A stretch of 62,885 nt of DNA, filler included, from Octopus bimaculoides (GCF_001194135.2; 5 parts of 5 records of this genome joined end to end with filler, not necessarily neighbours in it); one strand, 5' to 3'. Shown: positions 21,746 to 36,495, counted from the whole stretch's first letter. Made by a program: numbers and translations. Notes: a model not told the origin generated them from the sequence alone.

Positions 21746-22965
21746 AAATATATATATATGTGTGTGTATGTATGTGTGTGTATACATACATAAATGCATA
21801 TAGATTAATATATATATACACACGCACTCACACACTCACACACACNNNNNNNNNNNNNNNNNNNNNNNNNNNNNNNNNNNNNNNNNNNNNNNNNNNNNNN
21901 NNNNNNNNNNNNNNNNNNNNNNNNNNNNNNNNNNNNNNNNNNNNNNNNNNNNNNNNNNNNNNNNNNNNNNNNNNNNNNNNNNNNNNNNNNNNNNNNNNNN
22001 NNNNNNNNNNNNNNNNNNNNNNNNNNNNNNNNNNNNNNNNNNNNNNNNNNNNNNNNNNNNNNNNNNNNNNNNNNNNNNNNNNNNNNNNNNNNNNNNNNNN
22101 NNNNNNNNNNNNNNNNNNNNNNNNNNNNNNNNNNNNNNNNNNNNNNNNNNNNNNNNNNNNNNNNNNNNNNNNNNNNNNNNNNNNNNNNNNNNNNNNNNNN
22201 NNNNNNNNNNNNNNNNNNNNNNNNNNNNNNNNNNNNNNNNNNNNNNNNNNNNNNNNNNNNNNNNNNNNNNNNNNNNNNNNNNNNNNNNNNNNNNNNNNNN
22301 NNNNNNNNNNNNNNNNNNNNNNNNNNNNNNNNNNNNNNNNNNNNNNNNNNNNNNNNNNNNNNNNNNNNNNNNNNNNNNNNNNNNNNNNNNNNNNNNNNNN
22401 NNNNNNNNNNNNNNNNNNNNNNNNNNNNNNNNNNNNNNNNNNNNNNNNNNNNNNNNNNNNNNNNNNNNNNNNNNNNNNNNNNNNNNNNNNNNNNNNNNNN
22501 NNNNNNNNNNNNNNNNNNNNNNNNNNNNNNNNNNNNNNNNNTATATATATATATATATACATACATATATATATATATATATATATGTATATGTATATGT
22601 ATGTATATATTTATGTAAGTATATATATATGCATATATATACATATATATTTATACATACATATATATTTATATCTGTGAGTGTGCATATATATATATGA
22701 CGTATACACATATGCATATACGTATTTGCATATGTAAATATGCCTATATATTTGTGTACATACGTATATATGTATACAAACGCACGCACATTCGCACGCA
22801 CATATAAGCACATATAAAAGTACGTACATTCGTAAATATATTTCCCTCAAAAATCAAGAAACCAAGCGAATCAACATAACGCACGCTTCGTTGCAATCAA
22901 TTGAATACTATTGAACCAAACGATACAGCCTTATTAGGCACACACAAAGATAGTAGTACTTCATT

Positions 22966-23025
<60 letters not shown>

Positions 23026-23034
23026 ATATATATA

Positions 23035-23069
<35 letters not shown>

Positions 23070-23076
23070 GTATATG

Positions 23077-23109
<33 letters not shown>

Positions 23110-24030
23110 GTACGTACGTATGTATGTATGTGTGAGTGTATGTGTGTCTGTACGGATGTATGTATATGTCAGTGTGTGTGTGTATGTGTGTGTGCATATA
23201 TACATATATGCATGTAGTTATGGAGCATACGCCTGTATCTGTGTATGAGTATCTATCTATATCCACTAAAGACACATATTTATTGCTATGCTTCCATGTG
23301 TAACAGTCACAGTTTTCTTTGTTGTTTTTTTCCTCCTACCTGCCATTTTACATATGAGTGCGCGCTGTAAACAAATATACCACAATGAACACAAAGCAAA
23401 TCGCAGTCCTTATGATAATAGTTCTCCGAAGACTTAACGATCCGATTAGGTCTCCAATGTATATGTTATCTCTAATAACTTGCCTCACACATACATATAG
23501 AAAGCCGAACCAACGTAGAAACCTCTACTTGGTCATTCAAATTTATAGAAGTTGCAGCCAAAACCTAACCTCACTTCGCATTCTGTTGTCTAAACAATAA
23601 AGCAAAGGAAGCGTTGGGCAATTTTCTTCCTACAAACATGAAGGTTTGAAACAAAAAAGTGTTGATTAAGGCTTCAATATCTTTACTCGAAGGTTTGCTC
23701 AATTACAACAGTGAAATATAACGACGGCAATAGTAACAAAGTAAGATAGTATATGCAAATAAAGCGACAGGAAGGAAGGGAGGAAGAAACAGAGATGGAG
23801 AAATTAATTGCTTGTGTGTATATGTTGCTTATAACCTATGCAAATATGCGTGTAGCAATGTGTGTGTGTGTGTGTATAACTATGCACATACACATATATA
23901 TGTGCATACACACATGGAGGCCCAAGCACATGAATTCACACACCCATATGTATTTTAATACATACACACGTTTTATAAATATATATATTATTTAATAAAC
24001 AGAATATATGTTGTAATGTGCTACTATTAC

Positions 24031-24239
24031 TTTCATGTGCTGAAAACATGCCAAACTGTGTTTTTTTTAACGTGCTGGTGTTCTCGCACAATCGTCAGAC
24101 ACTGCCCACACGGCATAACGAACTAGAAAATGAGTCGATCATTTTTAGCGTGTTATGGTATGTGGGCAGTGTTTAATGATTGCGCTAGGACATCAGTTGT
24201 GTTAAAAAACATTGTTTGGCATGTTCCTAGCACATAAAA
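24031..24239. repeat. ~210-bp imperfect fold-back element
   Basis: Arms 24031-24133 and 24139-24239, e.g. acatgccaaac/gtttggcatgt, cactgcccaca/tgtgggcagtg, aaaatga/tcatttt. Loop gtcga. Confidence 0.9.
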
Positions 24240-24316
24240 CTATTATTAAATAAAATTTATCTTTCACTAGATCAAATACATTTACAGTGATTCTGCTTCT
24301 ATTTCAGCTGACAGAA

Positions 24317-24396
<80 letters not shown>

Positions 24397-26221
24397 ATCC
24401 ATATAATATCATATTGAATTGACAGGCTAATTGGTACTCTAATTGCTTGAATCTCATTAGAATTGATAAAGAGAAAAAGAACATAGGTTCTTTTAAGTCA
24501 TTATTCTGGCTATATCTCGAAGCAAGCTATTTATAAAATAATAGTTTATAATACACTAGTGTAAAAATTCCTTGGATATAAAAAGCAGTGTACGGAATTC
24601 AAGCTATGCATTCTTCCGTAAAGACTTTAAACGTAATGGCTAGAAAGTTTTTAATATTTAGAACGTAAATATAGGGGCATCGAAAAATATGCATAAATAT
24701 AGGTTGTAATTATTTAGGCTCAGATAGGAAAAGAGCCTCTATAAGGGCAACAAACATGCTTAAAATTAGTAGCCAAATCTCAAGTCAAATCTTACTGCCT
24801 TGAAAAGGAAGTAAACCGAAGATCGATGGCTTACATACTGTAGCTCTTACATGTATTATGTATGGATAAAATACTGGATGGTCATGACTGAAACATCTCT
24901 GATCATATGTCATTCAGATTGATTGTGATCGCCTGCTAAAGGACGGCATTTGAAAACGAGGAGAGCACTGACTGGGTAGCGATTCTCCTTTCATTTCTAA
25001 TTGGCCATAGGATAGGAGTATGTTGGTGTAGCATTTTAAGTAGCAGAGTGTAAAAAGATCGTGGCATTGAAACAATGGGTATAACGTGTTGGCGTCTACT
25101 CTTATGAGTATGCTATTGATAACGAGTATGTAACCGCTTAGCTTTTCTTTCTTTTGTTAATCATTTTCTTAGATTTCAAGTCACTTGATTGTAAGAAACC
25201 CGTCGTCATCGTCGCCAATGAGCTCTGATTCAACAGACACATGACGAAAAGTGTTACTGCAATGATCCTTCATATTATTTTGTACATACATATATCATAC
25301 TAGGGTCATACACGATTTGAGGCTCTGGCTATCTACGGTAGTTCAAGTCTCACCAAAGTCCAATTGCTTTTCTTCCGACTGATACAGTCTTTTATTCTTT
25401 CTCTTCCTCCTCCATCACTCTCATGCACACACACTCACATACAAGCACGCACACACACACACGCACACATACACACTCGATCACACAATTAGCTACGTTG
25501 CCCAGGAGTGGCCATTCACAGCGTCTCCTTCGGGAGAAACGAAGAAAAAGAAGTGGAAGTGGGGGATGAGGATGAGGAGGTGAAGGAGGAGGTGGAAGAG
25601 GGGGGGTGAAGAAAAGAAGAAAGAGAAAAAGGAAGAGAAGAAGAAGGAGGAGAAGGAGGAGGAAGAGGAGGAGAATGAGAGGAAGGAGAAGGAGGACAAG
25701 GACGAGGAGGACGAAGAAGACGTGGAGGACGAGGAGAACGTATTATTCTGCAGGTTCCACTGAAATTATTCATTCTACCTTGCCTGATTCATCTGGCTTG
25801 TCACTTCACATGTCGTTGGACGGGTATTTGCGCAGCTCAAAGGTACCCTAGCCTAAAGAAAAATCTACTGACTGTGCCGTACTTAACGACTGAGCCAGAA
25901 GGATTAAAGCGGGTAAAAAAACATGACTTCGACCAGATTTGAATCAAAACGTGCAGAGCGAATGTTATTACGGAAATGTAGTTATTCGACAAGCCGACTC
26001 ATTTGTCAACAGACCCCCTTTAGATGAAAAGTAAACCTTAGATATATTATCCAAACTTGGCTAGTCGGCCTTGCTTATTTAATTCATTCGTTATATAGAT
26101 GTTAAATAAACAAATAAACAAATAAATAAATAAATACATAAATAAATGTATGTATCTATNNNNNNNNNNNNNNNNNNNNNNNNNNNNNNNNNNNNNNNNN
26201 NNNNNNNNNNNNNNNNNNNNN

Positions 26222-26255
<34 letters not shown>

Positions 26256-27619
26256 AGAGAGCGAGAGAGAGAGAGTGAGTGAGAATATCAGCATCATTTC
26301 AAACACTGACGCTGCAAACAGCCAGCTTTCTTATTAGAATATAATTATTAGCGATGGAAGCAGTATTAGTACCAAAAGGTAATCTTTATATCGAACTTAA
26401 CATGGATGTCGTATTAGAATACCAAATACTACATTATTGGTCTTGAGAAATCCTTTGAAGTAGGTGCTTGGTGCATAAGGGCACTCAAATATATCGTAGC
26501 AGATGACAATCGTCAGTCATGGCTGTCGGATTCTCGTCTGCTACAATCTATGCACGTATATGAGAGGATCTGTCAAGGCTAAAAAACATCCACGTTAAGT
26601 TATACATAAAGACTATCTTTTGGTATTGTTAGCGCTTCTGTCGCTTATATGTGATATACATACATACATACATACATACATGCATGCATACATACATACA
26701 TACATGCATACATACATAAGCACACATACACGCACAAACACACACACACCCATACACACACATATATATGCACACACACAAATATATATATATTTGTATA
26801 TTAAGTATGTATGTATGTATGTATATGTATGTGTATGTGTGTGTATACAAGATGTTTGATACAAAAAGAATGTCTCATTTCATATCTATTTGGAGATTAA
26901 AATGATTGTTTATCTCATTATACTTCGTTTTCTATAGCAGGCTTAACTTTAGTAGTCTTCGGCGACAATGCTAATTATCTTGATGATTTGTTATTTAAGC
27001 ACAAAGAAAACCACTCAAGTAGAAGCGCACGGATGAATGGATCGTCTCCCCTAGAAAATTTATTACAGATACTTCCTGATTCTGGCGGGATCTGAAATGG
27101 GAATCGAGAGAAAAGAGACTAAAGTAATGACTATAAATTAATTAATTTAGTACTCTAGCCGTCTTGATAATCTTAATTCTACGATTGATTAGAATCTATT
27201 AAATTGCTTATCTCAATTATAATTTTATTTCTGAAAATGTTTACATACAATATGTTCTTTTCCAAAGCTATTTTTCTTATTCAAAATTAAACTACTGTAC
27301 ATTTGATAGAATAAGCGTGGGAATTATTCCCTAGTTATATCCCCGCTAGATGTATCGACCTTCAGATGTAAAAGCTGAACATCCACGGACTGAACTTCAC
27401 CAGTCAGAGAGGAGCTATAACAGTTGTATGTCGCTACTTCATTCTGGAACAAAGTAACGAAAAGCTAGAAAAGACAGAAAATTTGCGGGAAGGTACATGA
27501 TATACATATACATACATTTATACACACGCACACGCAAACACACACACGCACATACACACACATGTATATATGTATTTTTATGTTTAAGTATATATAGATA
27601 GGTATGTGTGAGCGTCTCT

Positions 27620-27759
27620 TTATGATTGCTTAGTAAGAAGTTTACTTCCCAACCACATGATTTCAGGTTCACTTTCACAACGTGGCACCTTGGGTGAGTA
27701 TTTTGTGCTAAGGCATCGGGCTGAACAAAACCTTGTGAGTGGAAACAGAAAAATGACTG

Positions 27760-27765
<6 letters not shown>
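27620..27765 (+). mobile_element. SINE family B, 5' part
   Basis: gtaagaagtttacttcccaaccacatg...cgtggcaccttgggtgagt...ccttgtgagtgga. Confidence 0.75.
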
Positions 27766-27802
<37 letters not shown>

Positions 27803-28699
27803 NNNNNNNNNNNNNNNNNNNNNNNNNNNNNNNNNNNNNNNNNNNNNNNNNNNNNNNNGTGTGTGTGTGTGTGTGTGCTTGCGCGTTGCTGCATTTGCGT
27901 CACACCAATAAAATAAGTACCAACCTGATAAGAAATACATAAGTACTGAGGGCCATGCGTTCAATTAAAATTTTTCAAGGCTGTGCCTCATAGCGAACAA
28001 CATACACAAATACAAGTATATTGAAATTCTATACAACATAACTTCTTGATATACTAGGTTTTAATAAAGTTCTGTTCACTTTTTTTTTTTTTTAAAGTAA
28101 ATATCTTGTTAGATTTAAAGGTGTTTTAACTTCTGAATTCTATTTGAAATACAAAATCATTAATATATCATTTTCTTTCGTTTTTATTCAGATTCTTTCA
28201 ATTTTATCATAATTTCACCAATTATTATGGTCACATACGTAACTATGTGATTCAAATATATAATACCGAACAAAGTGATAGATGCAGATTTACCGCAGCT
28301 TCATAGCACCTCGGACAAGTTTTATACAAGATTTGTGAATGAAGTTTAACGTTGGTGAACAGTGTGGATTTCCTTCCGTAGGATAGTTCTAGGCTACTGC
28401 ACAGATACGTCACCCGGTTGTTGTAAATGGATATTGTATGTGTATATTCATTTATATGTTCATAATTATACGTATAAACTCCTTTTAAATACCTAATACG
28501 AATGTCTTCGATGACTACTTCGCAGCCAACTCTGTATTCGATTATACAGGTGGCATAGAAATGGAAGGTTGGTATGCATAATAAATTTGACCGGTGGGGA
28601 ACTTTCTAGGCACAGTCCCATGGTCATTCATGACCCAAAGGGGTCATTTTATATATATTTACATACATAGGAATATATATATATATATATATATATATA

Positions 28700-28799
28700 N
28701 NNNNNNNNNNNNNNNNNNNNNNNNNNNNNNNNNNNNNNNNNNNTTAATTAATTAANNNNNNNNNNNNNNNNNNNNNNNNNNNNNNNNNNNNNNNNNNNN
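28700..28799. other. Artificial scaffold-join spacer
   Basis: N44-TTAATTAATTAA-N44. Confidence 0.9.
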
Positions 28800-29062
28800 C
28801 CAACATTGGCCTTTCATTATTTATAATCTGTACCTGTTTGTTTGGTTACGAAATAAAATACACAAAACGTGTTTCTGAATTACGTGTATTTACTTTATAT
28901 ACATATGAGCTGAAAACTTTCTTCTAGCATTCTACTTAATGTCTATGTTCCATGCTGGCATGGATTGGAGAGTTATTAATGTAGAAATATGGTATCGTAG
29001 CTACTAACAGTTGAGTGTTGCGTAGTCTAGACGGTGTTTTTAGATTTCGTTATTCTCTTTAA

Positions 29063-29090
29063 CCCGGGCAACGCCGGGTATTTCTGCTAG
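29063..29090 (+). mobile_element. Helitron-like 3' terminus
   Basis: cccgggcaacgccggg hairpin, then tatttctgCTAG followed by T. Confidence 0.65.
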
Positions 29091-29599
29091 TTATAAAATA
29101 AAACAGAAGAATTCAAGGACGCTATTCATGGTCTGCGTCGGTAAATAAGTACGAAATGCTCACAAGACGGAATAAGTTACTCTGATTTGATAAATCTGAC
29201 GTTTCAAACCATGTTTAACTTGTATAACCTTTTCTACATTCTGCAGATAGGATCGAGTTCATATTTTTATTGTGTGGGTCTGTCTATTGAAACTAGCCGT
29301 TTAAATACATGAAATTTTATTTTTCGTCAACTCAATGAATGATGCATATTAGAAAGTAATCTTTTTTTACTTATTGAAGGATGCCTACCAGTAATCAAAG
29401 AACAAAATTTTGTCGCAATTTTAAACTATCGCAGTATCTTTCGAATTTATTGAAACGAATCTTTAAAATATAAAAAAAAAATATAAAAACGAGGTATTAA
29501 AAGGTTACAAATAAGGTATAATAAACAAAGAAAATGATTAATAATAATGCAAACAGACGATAAATCAGTGTGAAACTTGATACTGTTTGTTGCTTGAAA

Positions 29600-30420
29600 G
29601 ATCCCCGATATCGCGTACCCGACTTGTTGATACCAGTCAATAAACAAAACAACATCCAGACGGACATAATAGTTTTCTTTTCAAATACTTCTTAGTGTAC
29701 TTCACTTATGGAAAATAATTAATGCTCACACCGATAAGTGCTGCCAAACAATAATGTCATCTTTTTTTTTTTTTGTATGGATAACTAATTTAGGATAATT
29801 CCCATTTGGGTGACTATATTTTCTATACAAGTCAGGCACTGACACATCTTCAATCAATTCCTTTTCATAATTTTCTCATGCAGTATCCACTTACACATCA
29901 AATGAAGTAGCAAACAGAGTGAACTCATTAGCATGAAAACGAAAATCAGTAAAACGATATCTTTTCTTAATTATTGGACCATATTCATAAAAATGCCTGG
30001 ATCCTAGTTTTATTTTATTTTGAAAACCGGGAAAAAGATTTGCAATTTCATTTTTGAAGCTGCTATTCTTTCAGTTGCAATTTCCTTTCGAATACCATGT
30101 TATGATATTTATCTTATGTATCAAGTGATTTTTGTTTTGATTGAATTTATAAATACAAGTTGTTTAAATGGTATTGCCAAGGTTGAAAGCGAATAAGAAT
30201 CACAAAAATGTAAAACATCCACGTTTTTGCTTTCAAGGAAAATGGCCGCCTCTTTATGCACTGCAAACGCCCTCTCCAGCACTGACTCACAATTAACCCA
30301 GTCTTCATTGCAGAAATAAACTAAGCTCCTATATTCTGATTTTTTATACAACCTAAGCTGCTGAAACTGAAGACATTTTAATCCATGGGATAGTATCAGA
30401 TTCCCTGTCTTCACAATAAT
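29600..30420 (-). pseudogene. Decayed hAT (Charlie/Buster/GTF2IRD2-like) transposase, C-terminal half
   Basis: Minus-strand peptides SHGLKCLQFQQL..KSEYRSLVYFCNEDWVNCESVLERAFAVHKEAAIFLESKN, RFTDFRFHANEFTLFATSFDV and KMTLLFGSTYRCE match hAT motifs (E.RWL, FGSTYLCE). Stops and frameshifts are present. Confidence 0.82.
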
Positions 30421-30479
30421 ACAGATAATATTATATAATTTCAAAGTCGTGGTACGTAATGTGTTGTAATGGATAATTT

Positions 30480-30660
30480 TTTTATCTTTCGTCTTGGTTT
30501 CAGTCATTAGACTGCGGCCATAGTGGGGCATCAACTTGAGGAATTTTAGTCACAATAATTGACCCCAGTACTTATCTTCTTTTTCAGCCTGTTACTTATT
30601 CTATAGTACTCTTTTGCCGAACCGCTAAGTGATGGTGGTGGGGGAGAACACACACACATA
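30480..30660 (-). mobile_element. SINE family B, 3' part
   Basis: gactgcggccatagtgggg...cttttgccgaaccgctaagt. Confidence 0.7.
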
Positions 30661-31699
30661 TATAAATTAAAACAGTAGGGTAAAAAATTTGATATTAATT
30701 AATATCAATTTAATACCAGGGAACAAGCACATTAAAAGAATCAAGGAAATTCAGAAAAAATATCTGAGATCTCAAAGGATTATTGTATATGTGTATATAA
30801 AGGAGACCACTAGGTGGACTGTTAATGTGCTAGAAGAAGATCACATGTAATGTGTCTACTAAGACCGAATTGTTCTCAAAGGAAATTTAGCGAAGTAACA
30901 AAACGTATACGGGCAAGACAAGTGAAAATTATATAAATATATACAAAGTTATCCGCAAACTATTTTCGAAATCAATANNNNNNNNNNNNNNNNNNNNNNN
31001 NNNNNNNNNNNNNNNNNNNNNNNNNNNNNNNNNNNNNNNNNNNNNNNNNNNNNNNNNNNNNNNNNNNNNNNNNNNNNNNNNNNNNNNNNNNNNNNNNNNN
31101 NNNNNNNNNNNNNNNNNNNNNNNNNNNNNNNNNNNNNNNNNNNNNNNNNNNNNNNNNNNNNNNNNNNNNNNNNNNNNNNNNNNNNNNNNNNNNNNNNNNN
31201 NNNNNNNNNNNNNNNNNNNNNNNNNNNNNNNNNNNNNNNNNNNNNNNNNNNNNNNNNNNNNNNNNNNNNNNNNNNNNNNNNNNNNNNNNNNNNNNNNNNN
31301 NNNNNNNNNNNNNNNNNNNNNNNNNNNNNNNNNNNNNNNNNNNNNNNNNNNNNNNNNNNNNNNNNNNNNNNNNNNNNNNNNNNNNNNNNNNNNNNNNNNN
31401 NNNNNNNNNNNNNNNNNNNNNNNNNNNNNNNNNNNNNNNNNNNNNNNNNNNNNNNNNNNNNNNNNNNNNNNNNNNNNNNNNNNNNNNNNNNNNNNNNNNN
31501 NNNNNNNNNNNNNNNNNNNNNNNNNNNNNNNNNNNNNNNNNNNNNNNNNNNNNNNNNNNNNNNNNNNNNNNNNNNNNNNNNNNNNNNNNNNNNNNNNNNN
31601 NNNNNNNNNNNNNNNNNNNNNNNNNNNNNNNNNNNNNNNNNNNNNNNNNNNNNNNNNNNNNNNNNNNNNNNNNNNNNNNNNNNNNNNNTATATATATAA

Positions 31700-31853
31700 G
31701 GGGCTTATTTCAGTTTCCGTCCCCCACATCCACTCGCAAGACTTTGGTCGGTCTGAGGCTATAGTAGAAGACACTTGCCCAAGGTGCCACGCAGTGGGAC
31801 TGAACCCAGAACCATGCGGTTGAGAAGCAAACTTCTTACCACACAGCCACGCC
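31700..31853 (-). mobile_element. SINE family B, 5' tRNA-like head
   Basis: ctatagtagaagacacttgcccaaggtgccacgcagtgggactgaacccagaacc...cttaccacacagccacgcc. Confidence 0.8.
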
Positions 31854-32879
31854 TGGTAATGGTTTTAACCATTTTCTATTGCTATTTTCAGACTTTCCTA
31901 TTGACTTTATAGCAATGTGATGATGGTTTTTCCTGTTTCACTGTTACTGATACTTTACTAATCTGTAGATTATCTCATGCATTTTAGCCACTAAATCTGA
32001 GGGAGCAGATATAGGAAAGGATATACGCAGCCGATATAGGAAAAGGGTGATTAGTACTAAATATTCCTTGCAAATTACTTGCATGTCAACTGTATTTAAG
32101 CATGAAAGAGTTGACAAAATACATATTTATCAAAATGAATTATATTTTCTTCTTCGAGCAGATATCTTGCGAGGATTTCTTGTTAAAAAAAGGCAATACT
32201 TTTATATTTACAAATTTAAACGATTCCATATGTAAAAGTTCACATACATTGAGAATATCTAATATATATTAACAAAGTAGACCTATATTCCCAGGATTCG
32301 CATATAACAGTGTTCGGTTTGGAACAAAACAGAATCTCAAGCAAGTATCAAGACATCATACATAATCCATTGGTGTGGTCATGGGAGCCAATTAGAAAAA
32401 GGAAAACTCGGTTGCAGATGGTTAAATTTCTCATTATATACTCCTAGGTCAGACGAAATCCTTTCATATGTCATAGGTTGCATCAACTAGTTCTGTTTTC
32501 TACATAAATCCCAATTCATCGTTCTTTAGGAATCTTGTCTAAATTCTTCTTCGCTATAATTGTTCTACTAATTTTCATTTTTCGATATTGCTTTAACATA
32601 TTTTTCAACGGCATTGTTTTACAAGAATAAACGGGTCAATATAATTTTGGCCGCCAATGATATTAACTCCCGGCTAGAAAATCAAATTGGCATACAGGAT
32701 TGTTTCTGTTGTTGTACACCAAAATCTCTTGAGAGTCTGATAAACTGCGCGAAAGAAAAGAACATTATTGATAGCTAAACAAAAGAAACAGCAACAACAA
32801 CAACGACGACGGTGACGATGACGACGACGATGGCGGCGACGACGACAACGACGACGACGGCGGCGATGATGATGATGAT

Positions 32880-33070
32880 TCTTTCAAAATTTGGCACAAA
32901 GTCAGTATTTTCTAGTAGGAGGGAATTAGTCGATTGCATAAACCCTAGTATTTGGCTAATACTTTATTTTATCGACTCCGAAAAGATAGAGAGCAAAGCT
33001 GACCTCAGCAGAATATGAGATTATAAACATAGCTACCGAGTACAAATACTGCAAGGTAATTTTTCTGAGG
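32880..33070 (-). mobile_element. SINE family A copy, diverged
   Basis: tcaaaatttggcacaaag...tttatcgactccgaaaagata...gacctcagcaga. Confidence 0.65.
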
Positions 33071-33613
33071 CGCTAAAGATTTTGTCACTCTGTCGCACAA
33101 AGTCACTGCAATTTGTTCTGTTTGACCGATTCATTAATATCCAGTTCTTGGGAACCAATAGATCAGTCAGAACTGATTCATTGATACTGAACTGATGAGC
33201 CATCCATTGATATCGTTCATAGCCGATACATGGAGTGGCTTTGGTGGCCACTGCTGTCAAGTCGAACAACAGCCATATTGAATACTATAATTTGGAGACT
33301 TCTGCACCCTCATAAAAAATGACGTCTATTCAATTACTTGGTAGAAACACTTAATGCGAAAATTTGGAACTATCAAAGCTAATATGGGCTAGCGATTCCT
33401 GGAAGTGCATGGAGAAGTGCATCTTACACTCGTTTGAAGAACAATAGTAACATATTTACGTAGAGAAGAACAATTAAGTACGTATGATATTTACTCTGAC
33501 GCTCTAGCGCTCCTTCTAATTCAACTTTTATAAAAGTCAAAAGTCAGTTTTTATCTGGTAAACAGATATATTCAATACAGTCGACCACTTTATAACTACC
33601 AAATCTACTACTA

Positions 33614-33652
<39 letters not shown>

Positions 33653-33655
33653 TTG

Positions 33656-33712
<57 letters not shown>

Positions 33713-34657
33713 ACAACATCACCATCACCACACAATATTAAGAAGGGAAGCTAAGTATAATTGATTCTCATTTTAATGGTTTCTGCTCGTTCAAATCTTA
33801 TTAATTTTTAAAGGCAACGATTAGGGAGGAGACATTTAGTCGGCATAATCGTCTCAGTCTACGTCTGGTACTTACTTTATCGACCACGATTGGAAAAAAT
33901 TCAAATACGACGCCAGCGGTATTGGAACCCAGGACGTAAAGGAACATAACTAGATAACCTCCAGGCATTTATGAAAATTTCTATTATTTCATCCTCACAC
34001 CACTTACGAGTATGTATGTTAAATTGATACAATAAACAATTCATGACTAATATGTCCTATCTTTAGAGTTAACTATATGAGTCGTCAAAAATACAGTTGT
34101 GTAGGATATAAAAAAATATGCTGGAAGTCACGTTTTATCATTTATAACGATTAAAATATAAATTCACATCAATTGTATACATTAGGAAGATAACAGATAA
34201 TACACCAGAATCAACAATACCAAAGAAAGCGAACTATATCAATGATATTTATGTATCGATGCGAAAATATGTGTGAATCTGTGTGTGTATACATATGCAC
34301 ACGTATGTGTTATTGCGTATATGTGTATGTATATATATATAGAGAGAGACCAAAGTGTACGTATGCCGTCATATGTATACAAAAGGGAATGCAAAAAATG
34401 GGACAAGAACGCAAAACATCCAGACAGATGATACAAAAAAGGGACAACAAAACATTCAGACACATATATATATGTGCATATACATACATATATGTATATG
34501 TGTATGTATATATAATAGACATACATATATGCATGCATACATACATAATATGTGAATGTTTACATGAATGCATATATGCATTCAAACTCTCTCTCTCCCC
34601 CTCTCTCTCTCTCACACATATACGCATACCTACACACATACATACCTACACACATAC

Positions 34658-34716
<59 letters not shown>

Positions 34717-35327
34717 GTATTATATATATTATATTTTNNNNNNNNNNNNNNNNNNNNNNNNNNNNNNNNNNNNNNNNNNNNNNNNNNNNNNNNNNNNNNN
34801 NNNNNNNNNNNNNNNNNNNNNNNNNNNNNNNNNNNNNNNNNNNNNNNNNNNNNNNNNNNNNNNNNNNNNNNNNNNNNNNNNNNNNNNNNNNNNNNNNNNN
34901 NNNNNNNNNNNNNNNNNNNNNNNNNNNNNNNNNNNNNNNNNNNNNNNNNNNNNNNNNNNNNNNNNNNNNNNNNNNNNNNNNNNNNNNNNNNNNNNNNNNN
35001 NNNNNNNNNNNNNNNNNNNNNNNNNNNNNNNNNNNNNNNNNNNNNNNNNNNNNNNNNNNNNNNNNNNNNNNNNNNNNNNNNNNNNNNNNNNNNNNNNNNN
35101 NNNNNNNNNNNNNNNNNNNNNNNNNNNNNNNNNNNNNNNNNNNNNNNNNNNNNNNNNNNNNNNNNNNNNNNNNNNNNNNNNNNNNNNNNNNNNNNNNNNN
35201 NNNNNNNNNNNNNNNNNNNNNNNNNNNNNNNNNNNNNNNNNNNNNNNNNNNNNNNNNNNNNNNNNNNNNNNNNNNNNNNNNNNNNNNNNNNNNNNNNNNN
35301 NNNNNNNNNNNNNNNNNNNNNNNNNNA

Positions 35328-36088
35328 AACCGGATTTCACGGGAGGGCTGCAATCAGAAAAGCACTACTTACAAAAACAAACGTTGCAAAGCGTTTAGAG
35401 CGGAGTAAAAACCTACAGAATTGGTCCCTAGAGCAGTAGAAGAATGTTATTTTCTCGGACGAGTCATCGTTTACTTTATTTCTAACCATCGGCCGACTAT
35501 ACGTGTGGAGACAGCCAAAAGAAGTATTTGACCCAGACTGCCTTCTTCCAACTTGTAAACATGGAGGAGGATCTGTGATGATCTGGGGGCTATATCTTGG
35601 AAATCCGTCAGCCCAATGGTTTCCCTTCATGGCAGAATTAATAATCAAGACTATTTAAGTATTTTATCTGATCAAATTCATCCTATGGTTGTGGAATTGT
35701 TTCCGGAGGGAAACGCAATCTTTCAGGCTAATAATGCACCAATTCACACAGCTAAAGTTGTTATTGAATGGCACGAGGAACATTCTAGTGAAGTTGAACA
35801 TCTTATCTAGCCACCACAGTCCCCAGATCTCAATATTATTGAACATTTATGATGCATTTTAGAAAAACAAATAAGGAGTCGATATCGTCCACCATCATCA
35901 CTACAAGAACTGGTGACTGTCTAAGCTGAAAACTGGACAAAAATTCCTTTGGAAACAATTAAAACTTTGTAGGATTCTATACCTCGTAGAATTCAAGCTG
36001 TAATTACTGCCAAAGGAGGTCCTACCCCATATCAAAATAAATTTGTTCGAAATTTTAAAATGTTTCCATTATTTTGTCCAACCCCTTT
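35328..36088 (+). pseudogene. Tc1-family (DD34E) transposase remnant with 3' TIR
   Basis: GFHGRAAIRK..., VIFSDESSF, KHGGGSVMIW, FQANNAPIHTAK (second catalytic D mutated to N), PPQSPDLNIIEHL, SIPRRIQAVITAKGGPTPY. Multiple stops; ends ttgtccaacccc. Confidence 0.92.
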
Positions 36089-36139
36089 TATTTTTTTACT
36101 TTTTTCAATTATTTGACTACGGCGATACTGCCCAGGACT

Positions 36140-36259
36140 TATTCTTTGTCAGCCTAATACTTATTCTATCGGTATCTTTTACCAAACCGCTAGGTTACGG
36201 GGACGTAAACACACCGGCATCGGTTGCCAAGCGATGGTGGGACACACACACACACACAC

Positions 36260-36336
<77 letters not shown>

Positions 36337-36495
36337 CGACGGGTTCCTTTCAGCTTTCGTGTACCAAATCTCACAAGGCTTTGGTCCGCCCGAGGCTGTA
36401 GTTGGAGACATTTTCCCAAGGTGCCATGCAAGGGACCTGAACCCGTAACGATGTGCTTGGGAAGCCAACTAATTGCCACACAACCACTCCTGCAC
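36140..36495 (-). mobile_element. SINE family B copy with internal (CA)n
   Basis: tacttattctatcgg...accgctaggttacggggacgtaaacacacc...caaggtgccatgcaagggacctgaacc. Confidence 0.8.
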
